Counted from the stretch's first letter, positions 38,226-47,533 are shown. The stretch is DNA of 64,000 nucleotides from Pseudomonadota bacterium (GCA_021324075.1 JAJPJW010000054.1:500-64499), one strand, 5' to 3'. Program-made: numbers and translations. Notes: generated from the letters alone by a model not told the origin.

Positions 38226-39236
38226 ATGCGCCTGAGGACTGTTGGAATTGTGGCTTTGTCGATTTTGTTGTTGGGAGGATGCTCCAAAAACGGCGGTGGA
38301 AACAAGATCAAGATCGGCCTTTCCCTGGACACCCTCAAGGAAGAGCGCTGGCAGCACGACCGGGACCTCTTCGTGGCCCGTGCCAAGGAATTGGGCGCGG
38401 ATGTGCTGGTGCAGGCCGCCAATTCGGACGACACCCTGCAGAATTCCCAGGCGGAAAACCTCCTGACCGAGGGGGTGAACGTGCTGGTCGTGGTGCCCCA
38501 TGACGGCAAGAGTTCAGCCACCATCGTCGAAGCGGCCCACAAAGCCGGAGTTCCCGTCATCGCCTACGACCGGCTGATCCGCGACTGTGACCTGGACCTT
38601 TACGTGACCTTGGATCCCGAGAAGGTCGGTGAACAGCAGGCCGATTACGCCGTGAAGCACCGGCCCAAGGGTAATTACGTTTTGATCGGCGGGGCCCCCA
38701 CGGATAACAATGCGGTCCTCGTCCGTCAGGGGCAAATGAAGATCCTCCAACCCTCCATCGACAAGGGCGACATCAAGGTTGTGGCCGACCAATGGGCTAA
38801 AGACTGGCAGCCGGTGGAGGCCCTGAAGATCATGGAAAACGCCCTTACCAAGAACAACAACAAGGTGGACGCAGTGGTGGTCTCCAACGACGGCACGGCG
38901 GGCGGCGTGGTTCAGGCCCTGAATGAGCAGGGTTTGGCCGGGAAAGTCCTGGTGACGGGGCAGGACGCGGACCTGGCGGCCTGCCAGCGCATCGTGCAAG
39001 GCACCCAAAGCATGACGGTCTATAAGCCCCTGGCCAAGCTGGCCAACAAGGCGGCAGAACTGGCGGTTGCCCTGGCCCAGAAGCAGCCCATTGCGGACCC
39101 CGTGACCAAGCTCAACAACGGCAAGATCGACGTGCCGTCCATCCTCCTGCCCACGGTGGAAGTGGACAAGGACAACCTGGATTCCACGGTCATCGCCGAC
39201 GGGTTCCAGAAAAAAGAAGACGTGTATAAAAAATAA
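38226..39236 (+). CDS. xylF: D-xylose ABC transporter periplasmic binding protein.
   Basis: ATG at 38226 after GGAGGA. Lipobox 'LLGGC'. Colinear with E. coli XylF ('ERWQHDRDLF', 'NNAVLVRQGQMKIL', 'GQDADLAA'). Confidence 0.85.
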   Translation: MRLRTVGIVALSILLLGGCSKNGGGNKIKIGLSLDTLKEERWQHDRDLFVARAKELGADVLVQAANSDDTLQNSQAENLLTEGVNVLVVVPHDGKSSATIVEAAHKAGVPVIAYDRLIRDCDLDLYVTLDPEKVGEQQADYAVKHRPKGNYVLIGGAPTDNNAVLVRQGQMKILQPSIDKGDIKVVADQWAKDWQPVEALKIMENALTKNNNKVDAVVVSNDGTAGGVVQALNEQGLAGKVLVTGQDADLAACQRIVQGTQSMTVYKPLAKLANKAAELAVALAQKQPIADPVTKLNNGKIDVPSILLPTVEVDKDNLDSTVIADGFQKKEDVYKK

Positions 39237-39240
39237 TCGA

Positions 39241-39337
39241 ACCACGGAGTACATAGAGGTCACAGAGTGAGGATTCGGATCCTGTGGCAATGAATGATTG
39301 GGTTTACTCTGTGTACTCCGTGTCCTCTGTGGTGAAA
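39241..39337. repeat. Imperfect-palindromic intergenic repeat, copy A of the 'ACCACRGAGT...CTGTGGTGAAA' family.
   Basis: 'CCACGGAGTACA' pairs with 'TGTACTCCGTG', and 'CACAGAGTGA' pairs with 'TTACTCTGTG'. The last ~40 nt are ~80% identical to the copy at 62229..62324 and end in 'TCTGTGGTGAAA' directly before the ATG. Confidence 0.65.
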
Positions 39338-40852
39338 ATGCCCCTGTTAGAACTCAAAAACATCACTAAAGACTTCCCGGGTGTGCGCGCCTTGGACGGC
39401 GTTTCCTTCGACCTGAACAAGGGCGAGATCCACGCCCTTTGCGGCGAGAACGGCGCGGGCAAAAGCACCCTGATCAAGATCCTTTGCGGCTACCACCCCT
39501 TCGGTTCCTACGGCGGGGAAGTGCTGCTCAACGGCCAGCCGACCCGGTTCAAAGACCTGAAATCCTCAGAAGAAAAGGGAATCGCCCTGATCGCCCAGGA
39601 ACTGGCCCTCGTGCCGGAGCTCACGGTTGCGGAAAACCTGCTTTTGGGCCGCTGGCCGAAGAAGGCGGGTTTCATCCGATGGGAGGAAGTGCACCGGGAG
39701 GCCCAAAGGGCCCTGGATTTGGTGGGCCTGCCTTTGGACCTTGAAAAACCCATCAAGGAACTGGGGATCGGCCAACAGCAGATGATCGAGATTGCCAAGG
39801 CCCTCTCCAAAAAAGCCGAAATCCTCGTTTTGGATGAACCCACGGCGGCCCTGACCGAGGCTGACACCGCACGGCTTTTGGATTTCTTAAAACAGTTGAG
39901 GAAACAGGGTGTTTCCTCCATTTATATCAGCCACCGCCTGGAGGAAGTGGGCCAGATCGCCGACCGGGTGACGGTATTGCGCGACGGCAAATCCATCGTG
40001 ACCGCCCCCATGTCCGGGTTAAGCCAGGACAAGATCATCGCCCATATGGTGGGCCGCGAGGTCAAGAACCTCTACCCCCGGCCCCAGACGAAGGCCGGGG
40101 AAGTCCTGCTGGCGGTGAAGGATTTCAGCGTGGAAGACCCGGCCAATCCCGGCCGGTTTGTGGTGAAGGGCGCCTCCCTTGAGGTCCATGCGGGGGAAGT
40201 GCTCGGCATCGCCGGGCTTATGGGGGCGGGCCGCACGGCCCTTTTGAGTTCCCTTTTCGGGGCGTCCCGTGGGAAGGTCCAAGGCCGCCTCACCGTCCAT
40301 GGGGAAGAGCGCCGGCCTTTTGCCTCGCCCGAAGAGGCCATCGGGGCGGGGGTGGCCCTGGTCAGCGAAGACCGCAAGCGTTACGGTCTGGTGCTGGAAA
40401 GCGCGGTGGAAGAAAACCTCATCCTGGCCTTCATGCGAAAGCTGGTCAAACACGGGTTCCTGGACCAACCGGCCATCGAAAAAGAATGCGATACCCAGGT
40501 AAAAGCCATGCGCATCAAGACTCCCGGCCTTTCCGCCTGGGTCAACAAGCTCTCGGGGGGGAACCAGCAAAAGGTGGTCCTGGGCAAATGGCTGATGACG
40601 CGGCCCCGGGTCCTCTTCCTGGACGAACCCACCCGCGGCATCGACGTGGGGGCCAAGTCCGAAATCTACGAGCTCATGGGCCAATTGGCCGCCCAGGGGA
40701 TCGGCATCGTGCTGGTTTCCTCCGACCTCCCGGAAATCCTGGGGTTGAGCCACCGGGTCCTGGTGCTCAACCAGGGGCGGATGACGGCGAAACTGGAAGC
40801 CGAGGATGCCACGCCCGAGAGGGTTTTGGCCGCCGCGGCCCTTAAAGTCTGA
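39338..40852 (+). CDS. xylG: Xylose ABC transporter ATP-binding protein with duplicated ABC domains.
   Basis: 'MPLLELKNITKDFPGVRALDGV' is the start typical of this family. There are two Walker A and two signature motifs. The annotated upstream ATG (39284) lies inside the repeat element. Confidence 0.85.
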   Translation: MPLLELKNITKDFPGVRALDGVSFDLNKGEIHALCGENGAGKSTLIKILCGYHPFGSYGGEVLLNGQPTRFKDLKSSEEKGIALIAQELALVPELTVAENLLLGRWPKKAGFIRWEEVHREAQRALDLVGLPLDLEKPIKELGIGQQQMIEIAKALSKKAEILVLDEPTAALTEADTARLLDFLKQLRKQGVSSIYISHRLEEVGQIADRVTVLRDGKSIVTAPMSGLSQDKIIAHMVGREVKNLYPRPQTKAGEVLLAVKDFSVEDPANPGRFVVKGASLEVHAGEVLGIAGLMGAGRTALLSSLFGASRGKVQGRLTVHGEERRPFASPEEAIGAGVALVSEDRKRYGLVLESAVEENLILAFMRKLVKHGFLDQPAIEKECDTQVKAMRIKTPGLSAWVNKLSGGNQQKVVLGKWLMTRPRVLFLDEPTRGIDVGAKSEIYELMGQLAAQGIGIVLVSSDLPEILGLSHRVLVLNQGRMTAKLEAEDATPERVLAAAALKV

Positions 40853-40854
40853 CG

Positions 40855-42549
40855 ATGGCCAAAAACCCCAAAGCCGCCCCGGGCCAAGGACTTGGAACCA
40901 TCCTCTCATGGGCCCTGATGGCGGGCCTGGGGTTCCTGGGAATATGGCAATTCCACAACGTTGAGTTCTATTCCGATTTCGACCTCGTGCCGGGAGGGCG
41001 GGGCGACAACCGGCTGGTGACGGCCCTTCTGGAGTATTTTTACCACGCCCTCCGGGGTGAGGGTTCCTTTTCCTCCCCGGCCTTTTATTACCCCGCCCAG
41101 GGTACCCTGGGGTACGCCGACGTTTTTTTAAGTTATTCCATCCCCTACGGCATCCTGCGGAGCTTCGGGATGGATGTCTTTTCCTGTTACCAGGTTTGCG
41201 GCATCCTCTTCAGCCTTTTGAACTACCTTTGCGGTTTCCTTTTGCTTTACCGGGGATTGGGCCGCGGTGTCACCGCTTCCGCTTTGGGCGCCTTCCTTTT
41301 CGCCTTCAACGCCCCTAAGTTCAACCAGATCAGCCACCCCCAACTCCAATGCCTCTTCCTCCTGCCGCTCGTGGTGTGGTTGGCGGTGGAATGGGTCAAA
41401 CGGGGTTCGAAAATTTCGCCGCGCGAATCCTTCACCTTTCTTTGCGCCGCCGTCCTCGTGGCGGATTTCCAGCTTTATAGCGGCTTTTACATGGGCTGGT
41501 TTTTCTTTTTCTGGGTCCTGCTCTTCTTCATCCTTTCCCTTAGTTTCAAGGCCACCCGGGGTTACCTGTGGGAGATTTGGCAACACCATCAACTTCCCCT
41601 TTTGGGGGCCGGGGTTGTCTTCGTCCTGGGGTTGGTCCCATTCCTATGGATTTACCTGCCGGTCATCCGCGAACTTGGGGGAAAAAGCTACAGCGAAATC
41701 CAAATGATGACCCCGGATGCGTGGTCCTTCCTCTGGATGGGGCCGCGCCACAGCTGGTGGGGTTGGCTATGGGACCATTCCCAGACCATCCGGAATTATC
41801 CGGTGGAGGGTGAAGAGAGGGACGGCTTGGGTTTGTCCGTCCTGGCCGCCTGGTTCCTATTGACCCTGGCGGCGGTTTGGTTTCTAAGGGAAAAGAAGCC
41901 TCCTTTTTCCGATAAAACCAAGGCTGTTTATTACTATTTCGCCGCTGTGGCGGTCCTTGCCACCACCCTCTTTGCCCTTTTAGGTTTTAAATATCCCGGC
42001 GATGTTTCCCCCTGGCGGATCATCTATGAGCTGGTGCCGGGGGGCGGCAGCATCCGGGCCGTTTCCCGGTATGTCCTATTCATCGCCCTGCCTCTCTCTG
42101 TTTTTATTGGGCTCGCTTTTCAAATGCTTTTGGAAAAGGTTAAAACCCTCCGCGAGCCTTTGGGAGGGCGGGTTTTTACGGCACTCTTGTTCCTATGGGG
42201 CGCTGTGATGGTGTTTGAACAGGTCGGGTTGCCGCCTTACCCCGCTTTTTCCAAATCCGTGGACCTGAACCGGTTGGAATACCTGAGCGAAAAATTACCG
42301 GCCCAATGCAACGCCTTTTACGTCGATGTGGATCCCCGGCTGACCTATGACGCCACCAACCTCCAGATCGACGCCATGCTTCTTTCAGCCGTGCGGGGCA
42401 TCCCCACCCTCAACGGCTACAGCGGGGCCAATCCGAAGGATTGGAACCTGTACCGCGTCAGAAGCCCCCGTTATCATGAGTATGTCCAGGATTGGGTCGG
42501 CCAAAACCACATTGGGGGACCTATTTGCGGAGTTTTGATCGACCGGTAA
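40855..42549 (+). CDS. Polytopic integral membrane protein of unknown function, inserted between xylG and xylH.
   Basis: 564 aa with at least 12 hydrophobic segments and a Lys-containing N-terminal tail 'MAKNPKAAP'. Its ATG lies 2 nt after the xylG stop. Confidence 0.5.
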   Translation: MAKNPKAAPGQGLGTILSWALMAGLGFLGIWQFHNVEFYSDFDLVPGGRGDNRLVTALLEYFYHALRGEGSFSSPAFYYPAQGTLGYADVFLSYSIPYGILRSFGMDVFSCYQVCGILFSLLNYLCGFLLLYRGLGRGVTASALGAFLFAFNAPKFNQISHPQLQCLFLLPLVVWLAVEWVKRGSKISPRESFTFLCAAVLVADFQLYSGFYMGWFFFFWVLLFFILSLSFKATRGYLWEIWQHHQLPLLGAGVVFVLGLVPFLWIYLPVIRELGGKSYSEIQMMTPDAWSFLWMGPRHSWWGWLWDHSQTIRNYPVEGEERDGLGLSVLAAWFLLTLAAVWFLREKKPPFSDKTKAVYYYFAAVAVLATTLFALLGFKYPGDVSPWRIIYELVPGGGSIRAVSRYVLFIALPLSVFIGLAFQMLLEKVKTLREPLGGRVFTALLFLWGAVMVFEQVGLPPYPAFSKSVDLNRLEYLSEKLPAQCNAFYVDVDPRLTYDATNLQIDAMLLSAVRGIPTLNGYSGANPKDWNLYRVRSPRYHEYVQDWVGQNHIGGPICGVLIDR

Positions 42550-42566
42550 TTGTTGTTTTTACTTTT

Positions 42567-42982
42567 CCCTCTCCCCATGCGGGAGAGGGTAAGGTGAGGG
42601 GTGATGGCCGATAAGCTACAAGGAAACTTTGCTAGGACTTTACGCCGGAACCAAACGGAAGCTGAAAAAAAGCTTTGGAGATATTTGCGTTCTAGGGAGT
42701 TTCAAGGGGTTAAATTCCGGCGACAACAACCGTTGGGCCATTATGTTGTTGATTTTTGCTCCCTTGAAAAAAGACTTATTGTTGAACTGGATGGCGGTCA
42801 ACACGCTTTGAATCAAGACGAAGACGCCAAACGAACACAATACCTTAAGAAATCTGGTTACAAGGTAATTTGTTTTTGGAATAACGAAGTTTTAGAAAAT
42901 ATTGAAGGCGTTTTGGAAAGAATAAAGCAAAGCTTAGCCTAAACACCCCTCACCCCATCCCTCTCCCGCAAGGGGAGAGGGG
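42567..42982. mobile_element. Miniature cassette: a DUF559 endonuclease-like gene flanked by ~38-bp terminal inverted repeats.
   Basis: Left IR 'CCCTCTCCCCATGCGGGAGAGGGTAAGGTGAGGGGTG' (42567-42603). Right IR 'CACCCCTCACCCCATCCCTCTCCCGCAAGGGGAGAGGG' (42944-42982). They are ~87% reverse-complement identical. Internal GC is ~40%, against ~60% for the flanks. Confidence 0.6.
42604..42942 (+). CDS. DUF559 (Vsr/restriction-endonuclease-like fold) protein.
   Basis: 'EAEKKLWRYLRSREFQGVKFRRQQPLGHYVVDFCSLEKRLIVELDGGQH...D..R...L...GYKVICFWNNEVL' is the DUF559 signature. Confidence 0.75.
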   Translation: MADKLQGNFARTLRRNQTEAEKKLWRYLRSREFQGVKFRRQQPLGHYVVDFCSLEKRLIVELDGGQHALNQDEDAKRTQYLKKSGYKVICFWNNEVLENIEGVLERIKQSLA

Positions 42983-42995
42983 GAAAAGAGAAGCA

Positions 42996-44090
42996 ATGAA
43001 CGACAAGAAACTGCAAATACCCTGGCGCGCCCTGACGATGGTGGGGGCGCTTCTGCTGATATGGGTCATTTTTTCCATCACCACCGAGGGCATTTTCCTG
43101 GGGCCCCGCAACCTTTCCCTCTTGATGCGGCAGATGTCGGTCACCGCCATTTTGGCCATCGGGATGGTGCTGGTCATCGTGGCGGGGCAGATCGACCTTT
43201 CGGTGGGCGCCATGACGGGCTTCCTGGGGGCGGTCTCGGCCATCCTGTTCGTGAACCATAACTGGCCCCTTTGGGCCACCTTCGCCGTCACGATCCTCTT
43301 GGGGGCCTTGTTGGGGCATTTTCAGGGGCATTTGGTCACCTGGTTCAATATTCCCCCTTTTATCGTGACCTTGGGGGGAATGTTGATCTTCCAAGGCGCC
43401 TTGTTGGGGCTCACGGGCGGCGTGGCCATCAGCCCAACGCCTGATTATCTTTTTGTGGGCCAGGCCCACGTGGCCAAGCTGGTCGGATGGGCCCTCTTCG
43501 GGCTTGTGGCGATCTTCTTTTTGTACCTGGCCTTTAAAAGCAAAACAGCCGCCGCCAGGTTCAAGTGGCTCGGCCTATTGGCCCTAGCCGGTGTTTTTAT
43601 CGCCGTCATGAACGCCTATGAAGGGATTCCCTTCCCCGTGCTGCTCATGCTTCTATTCGCGGCGGTTTTTTCCATTGTGGCCCAGCAGACGCCTTTTGGC
43701 CGGCACCTTTACGCCATCGGCGGCAACCGGGAAGCGGCTTTTTATTCCGGCATCAACATCAACCGGCATATTGTCCTGGTATTCACCCTGATGGGCGCCA
43801 TGGTCGGTGTGGCCGGCATCGTCCTCACCGCGCGGGTGGGTTCGGCCACCTCGGATGCCGGACGCATGATGGAGTTGGACGCCATTGCGGCGGCCGTCAT
43901 CGGGGGGACCTCCCTGATGGGAGGGCGGGGAACGGTTTGGGGCGCCATCTTGGGGGCCCTGGTCATGGCCTCACTCGACAATGGCATGAGCCTGATGAAC
44001 ACCGAAGCCTTCTGGCAGCCCATCATCAAGGGAAGCATCCTGGTGGTCGCGGTAGCCTTGGATATGATGGGACGGAAAGGTAAAAACTGA
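42996..44090 (+). CDS. xylH: Xylose ABC transporter permease.
   Basis: Colinear with E. coli XylH ('ARNLSLLMRQMSVTAILAIGMVLVIVAGQIDLSVGA', 'RRIYAIGGN', 'ELDAIAAAVIGGTSL', 'MASLDNGMSLM'). Confidence 0.85.
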   Translation: MNDKKLQIPWRALTMVGALLLIWVIFSITTEGIFLGPRNLSLLMRQMSVTAILAIGMVLVIVAGQIDLSVGAMTGFLGAVSAILFVNHNWPLWATFAVTILLGALLGHFQGHLVTWFNIPPFIVTLGGMLIFQGALLGLTGGVAISPTPDYLFVGQAHVAKLVGWALFGLVAIFFLYLAFKSKTAAARFKWLGLLALAGVFIAVMNAYEGIPFPVLLMLLFAAVFSIVAQQTPFGRHLYAIGGNREAAFYSGININRHIVLVFTLMGAMVGVAGIVLTARVGSATSDAGRMMELDAIAAAVIGGTSLMGGRGTVWGAILGALVMASLDNGMSLMNTEAFWQPIIKGSILVVAVALDMMGRKGKN

Positions 44091-44095
44091 GCCTG

Positions 44096-45253
44096 CTAGA
44101 AACAGACCACCGCATCCAGGGCGCCGCCGAGGGAAATGGAATCCTGCAGGTCGGGGATGCTCCTCGTCAGTAAAGAAGCGTCAACAGCGATGTTTTTACC
44201 CACGTAACCTATTCCGAAGGTCCACATCTGTTGGTTGGAAACTTCATCGGCAAAGGTCCCCAGCCTTACCAGGACATGGGCTTCAGGATAATACCGCTCC
44301 ATGCCCACCCTCCAGCGGGTCTGGTCCTGGGACCAGGAAATCTCCGCCTCTATCCCGATGTTATTGTCGGGGGGGGTGAAGGCCATGCCCAGTTTGGTGG
44401 CATAGGGAAAGGGCGTGGAAAGGCTGACGCTTTGGGCCGGTCCCACGGGGGTTTCGTGACCCGCCCCGTCCAATTGGTAATTTTGCTGGGTCGCCTGCCA
44501 GGTGAAGTTGGAAGTGAGGTTCTCGAAGACCATGCCCGCCGTCAGCGCGTCCGTGAATTTAGCAAGGAATCCGCCGTCGATGCTCAGTCCCAACCCTGAA
44601 TTCGAAGTTGTTTTCGTGTAGGTATAGGCACCGTCCATGGGGGTCGCCGGGTTATAAGTTCCGGTCAGGGTGGTTTGCTGGTATTGCAATCCGTCGTGGT
44701 ATTTCAAGTTTCCCCCGATGGTGAACATCTGCAAGCTGCCCAGGGGAAAAGGCATGCCATAACCCAGGACCAAATTGGCGACCTGCTGGTTGGTTTGTTG
44801 GAAATTGACACCGTAACTGGAAACCAGGCCGATGGAATTATTGTCCCGGTCGTGGAAAAACTGAAGGGCGCCCTGGGAAGCTGAATAATTCAATTCCTGG
44901 TCGTAAATAACCCCGGCCGCAGTGGAGAAGTATTTCACCCCGAATAGCCCCAGGTATTGCTGGTAGCGCTGGACCGGATCCTGTCCCGACCCTAGGGCAT
45001 CCCCGGGTTGGAAATGGACGATGGGTTTTCCGGAATTGCTCGTGTCAAAAGCCGAAAAACCGGAACCAACGGACCAGCCGGAAGGGGAGCCGTCGGGAAA
45101 GGCCAAGTCGGCGGGGTTCCAATAGATGCTGAAGAGGCCCATGGGAGCCGCGGTAGCCGCCCCGCCGATGCCCATACTGTGGGCGTCTTGGGCCCGGAGG
45201 GGAAGGACGAGGAACATCAGGGCAAGGGTGGCCAAAAGGTATCGCGCAAACAT
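44096..45253 (-). CDS. Putative outer-membrane beta-barrel protein.
   Basis: Signal peptide 'MFARYLLATLALMFLVLPLRAQ'. Alternating amphipathic beta-strands. A C-terminal aromatic residue ('...AVVCF'). Confidence 0.5.
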   Translation of the reverse strand: MFARYLLATLALMFLVLPLRAQDAHSMGIGGAATAAPMGLFSIYWNPADLAFPDGSPSGWSVGSGFSAFDTSNSGKPIVHFQPGDALGSGQDPVQRYQQYLGLFGVKYFSTAAGVIYDQELNYSASQGALQFFHDRDNNSIGLVSSYGVNFQQTNQQVANLVLGYGMPFPLGSLQMFTIGGNLKYHDGLQYQQTTLTGTYNPATPMDGAYTYTKTTSNSGLGLSIDGGFLAKFTDALTAGMVFENLTSNFTWQATQQNYQLDGAGHETPVGPAQSVSLSTPFPYATKLGMAFTPPDNNIGIEAEISWSQDQTRWRVGMERYYPEAHVLVRLGTFADEVSNQQMWTFGIGYVGKNIAVDASLLTRSIPDLQDSISLGGALDAVVCF

Positions 45254-45359
45254 GCCGGTATCTTAACCTTGGCTCTGTCCCAAAATCAAAATAAATTGGG
45301 TTTTTGCAAGTTCCGGCGCGTCGAATGACCTTTGGGAAAAATATCCCGCTTGCTACAAT

Positions 45360-46253
45360 TTGTCGGTGAAAAAAAAGAAAGCCCTTCCGGCATTCCTTCC
45401 TTCTTCCATCCTTCCGCGCCTTCCCTGGCTTTGGCCGGTTCCCGCAGCAGGCCTTTGGGTATGGGAGCAGTTCGCCCACGCCTCCGAAGGGGTTCCCCTT
45501 TCCGGGTTGATCTTTGCCAAGGGTTTGGTCCTATTGGCCGAGGCCGCCGTCCTCTACGGCCTGGCCCGCTTTCCAAAGTTTTATTTCCTGGGGATGTTCC
45601 CGCTGTCCTGGCTGGCGGTTTCCCATTTCCAATGGGATTTGTGCGCCGTCCCCGAATACCGCTTTTGGGTTTGGTTGGCCCTTTTCCTGGGTGTTGAAAT
45701 CCTCATTCTGGCATTGCCCGATGGAAAAAAACTCCTGTTCGCCCTCGTGCCGGGCTGGGCTGTCCTGGTTTGGCTCTTTAAGTTCTCTTTCCTGCTGCCT
45801 TTGGTTTTTTTAACGGCGCCGTCCAAGCGCTTTTGGAACGCTCCCTGGGCCCGGTGGGGAGGCCTGGCGACGGCTGTCGTTTTGTACCTTGCGTTCGGCG
45901 GCTGGAATTATTGGTTTCTCAACTGGACCGATCTTTACGACCTGCTTATCAGCGGCCGTTTCATCGCCTTTTTTGTGTTGGGTTGTCTGGGCCTGGCGGC
46001 TTTCGACTCCAAATGGAAGGGCAGTTTCCGGCACGTCCTACTCCCCCTGGTCCTCCTGCCGGCCGGATTGCTTTTCTGGGGCGGGAACAATCCCGCGTCC
46101 GGCTTTTTTGAAATGGCCATCCTTCAATGGGTCCTCGTTTGGATGGCCGGCTATGGTTGGGAAGCCTTCCGGGAATACCTGCTGGATCCCACTTGGCATG
46201 GAAGGCTGGTATGGCTGGCCCTCAGTTTGGGGCTCTTCGGGGGCGTCCTTTAA
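45360..46253 (+). CDS. Polytopic membrane protein, hypothetical.
   Basis: 297 aa with a Lys-rich N-terminus 'MSVKKKKALP' and about 8 hydrophobic segments. Confidence 0.4.
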   Translation: MSVKKKKALPAFLPSSILPRLPWLWPVPAAGLWVWEQFAHASEGVPLSGLIFAKGLVLLAEAAVLYGLARFPKFYFLGMFPLSWLAVSHFQWDLCAVPEYRFWVWLALFLGVEILILALPDGKKLLFALVPGWAVLVWLFKFSFLLPLVFLTAPSKRFWNAPWARWGGLATAVVLYLAFGGWNYWFLNWTDLYDLLISGRFIAFFVLGCLGLAAFDSKWKGSFRHVLLPLVLLPAGLLFWGGNNPASGFFEMAILQWVLVWMAGYGWEAFREYLLDPTWHGRLVWLALSLGLFGGVL

Positions 46254-46418
46254 ACAAAGAAAACCATGGGGGCCACGAAGAAAAAGGACCGGTAACCGCA
46301 AATTACTTCTTTAAAAAAATCGGTGGAAAAATTAGGATAGTCGCTTCCCCGACCCAGTGGGTGGGTTGCGAGATCAAGCAGTCCCGTTCATCGGCACTTA
46401 CTATATGGAGGTTTTAGA

Positions 46419-47507
46419 ATGAAAGTTTCCCGCAAACTCTTCGTATTTTTAATGGGCCCCGCGATGGCCCTGGCCCAAGGAGTCCCGGTGGCCACCCCGC
46501 CTTCCGGGCCCGCCCCGACCGCCACCCCCGATATGGCCCACGCGCCTAAGATCATCAGTTCCAAAACCAAATTCGACTTCGGCAACGTGGACGAAGGGCC
46601 GGATATCGTCCATAAGTTCCATGTCGCCAACCGCGGCAAAGGGACGCTGAAGATTAAGAGTGTCTCGACCTCCTGCGGCTGTACGGCCGCCATTCCCGGG
46701 AGCAAGTATCCCGTTCCCAAGGCCGACAAGGACCAGGGCGTCATGGCCGTCATCCCGCCGGGAGGCTGGGATGTCATCCAGGCCACCTACCACACCAACG
46801 GCCGGCCGGGGCACGCCACCAAGTTCATCACGGTCACGAGCAACGACCCCGTCAACCCCAGCTTCCAGCTCCAACTGGACATGACGGTTCAGCGGGATAT
46901 CGACCTCCAACCCGACCGGCTTTACCTCTACAGCCTCAAGCACGGCCAGCCCCATTCCTCCACGATAAAAATCCTGGGCAAGGCAGGGGAGGACCTGGAG
47001 ATCCTTTCGGCCACCGCCACCGGCAACGTCGTGACGGTGACCAGCGTCGCCCCCTATAAGGACGAGGCGAACAACCGCAACGGCGCCACCATCCAGGTGG
47101 ATGTGCCCGTCACCCAGGCGATCGGCAGCTTCACGGACAACATCTCGATCAAGACCAACAACAAGAAAAAGCCCGAAGTGACGGTGCCGGTGCTGGGCGA
47201 GATCGTCGGCCCGGTGCAGTTCAACCCCAAGAGCCTGAATTTCGCGCCCCACCAGGAAATGGCCGTGACCATCATGTTTACGCCGGACGAGCCGAAGAAA
47301 TTCGCGATCCGGAGCGTGGCGTCGGAGAACCACTTGGTGCGGCCTTCCATCGTGAAGACCAACGTCAACGGGGTGGACCAGTATGCTTTGTCGGTTTCGG
47401 TCATTAAAAACGTCCCGCAAACCAGCGACGGCAAGGACAAGGTGGACGTCTATACCAACGACCCGGAGATGGGCAAGATCTCCATCGACGTCCAGGCGAA
47501 CAAATAG
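46419..47507 (+). CDS. Secreted DUF1573-domain protein.
   Basis: Signal peptide. 'KFDFGNVDEGPDIVHKFHVANRGKGTLKIKSVSTSCGCTAA' is the DUF1573 signature (including the SCGCT motif). A second repeat of the same fold follows. Confidence 0.7.
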   Translation: MKVSRKLFVFLMGPAMALAQGVPVATPPSGPAPTATPDMAHAPKIISSKTKFDFGNVDEGPDIVHKFHVANRGKGTLKIKSVSTSCGCTAAIPGSKYPVPKADKDQGVMAVIPPGGWDVIQATYHTNGRPGHATKFITVTSNDPVNPSFQLQLDMTVQRDIDLQPDRLYLYSLKHGQPHSSTIKILGKAGEDLEILSATATGNVVTVTSVAPYKDEANNRNGATIQVDVPVTQAIGSFTDNISIKTNNKKKPEVTVPVLGEIVGPVQFNPKSLNFAPHQEMAVTIMFTPDEPKKFAIRSVASENHLVRPSIVKTNVNGVDQYALSVSVIKNVPQTSDGKDKVDVYTNDPEMGKISIDVQANK

Positions 47508-47533
47508 CCGGTCCGGGAAAGACGGCCGCCGTT

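Noticed and set aside
39284-39337. Upstream ATG start for xylG ('MAMNDWVYSVYSVSSVVK').
   Set aside because: This stretch lies entirely within the palindromic repeat element. The conserved ABC N-terminus begins at 'MPLLELKNITKDF'.
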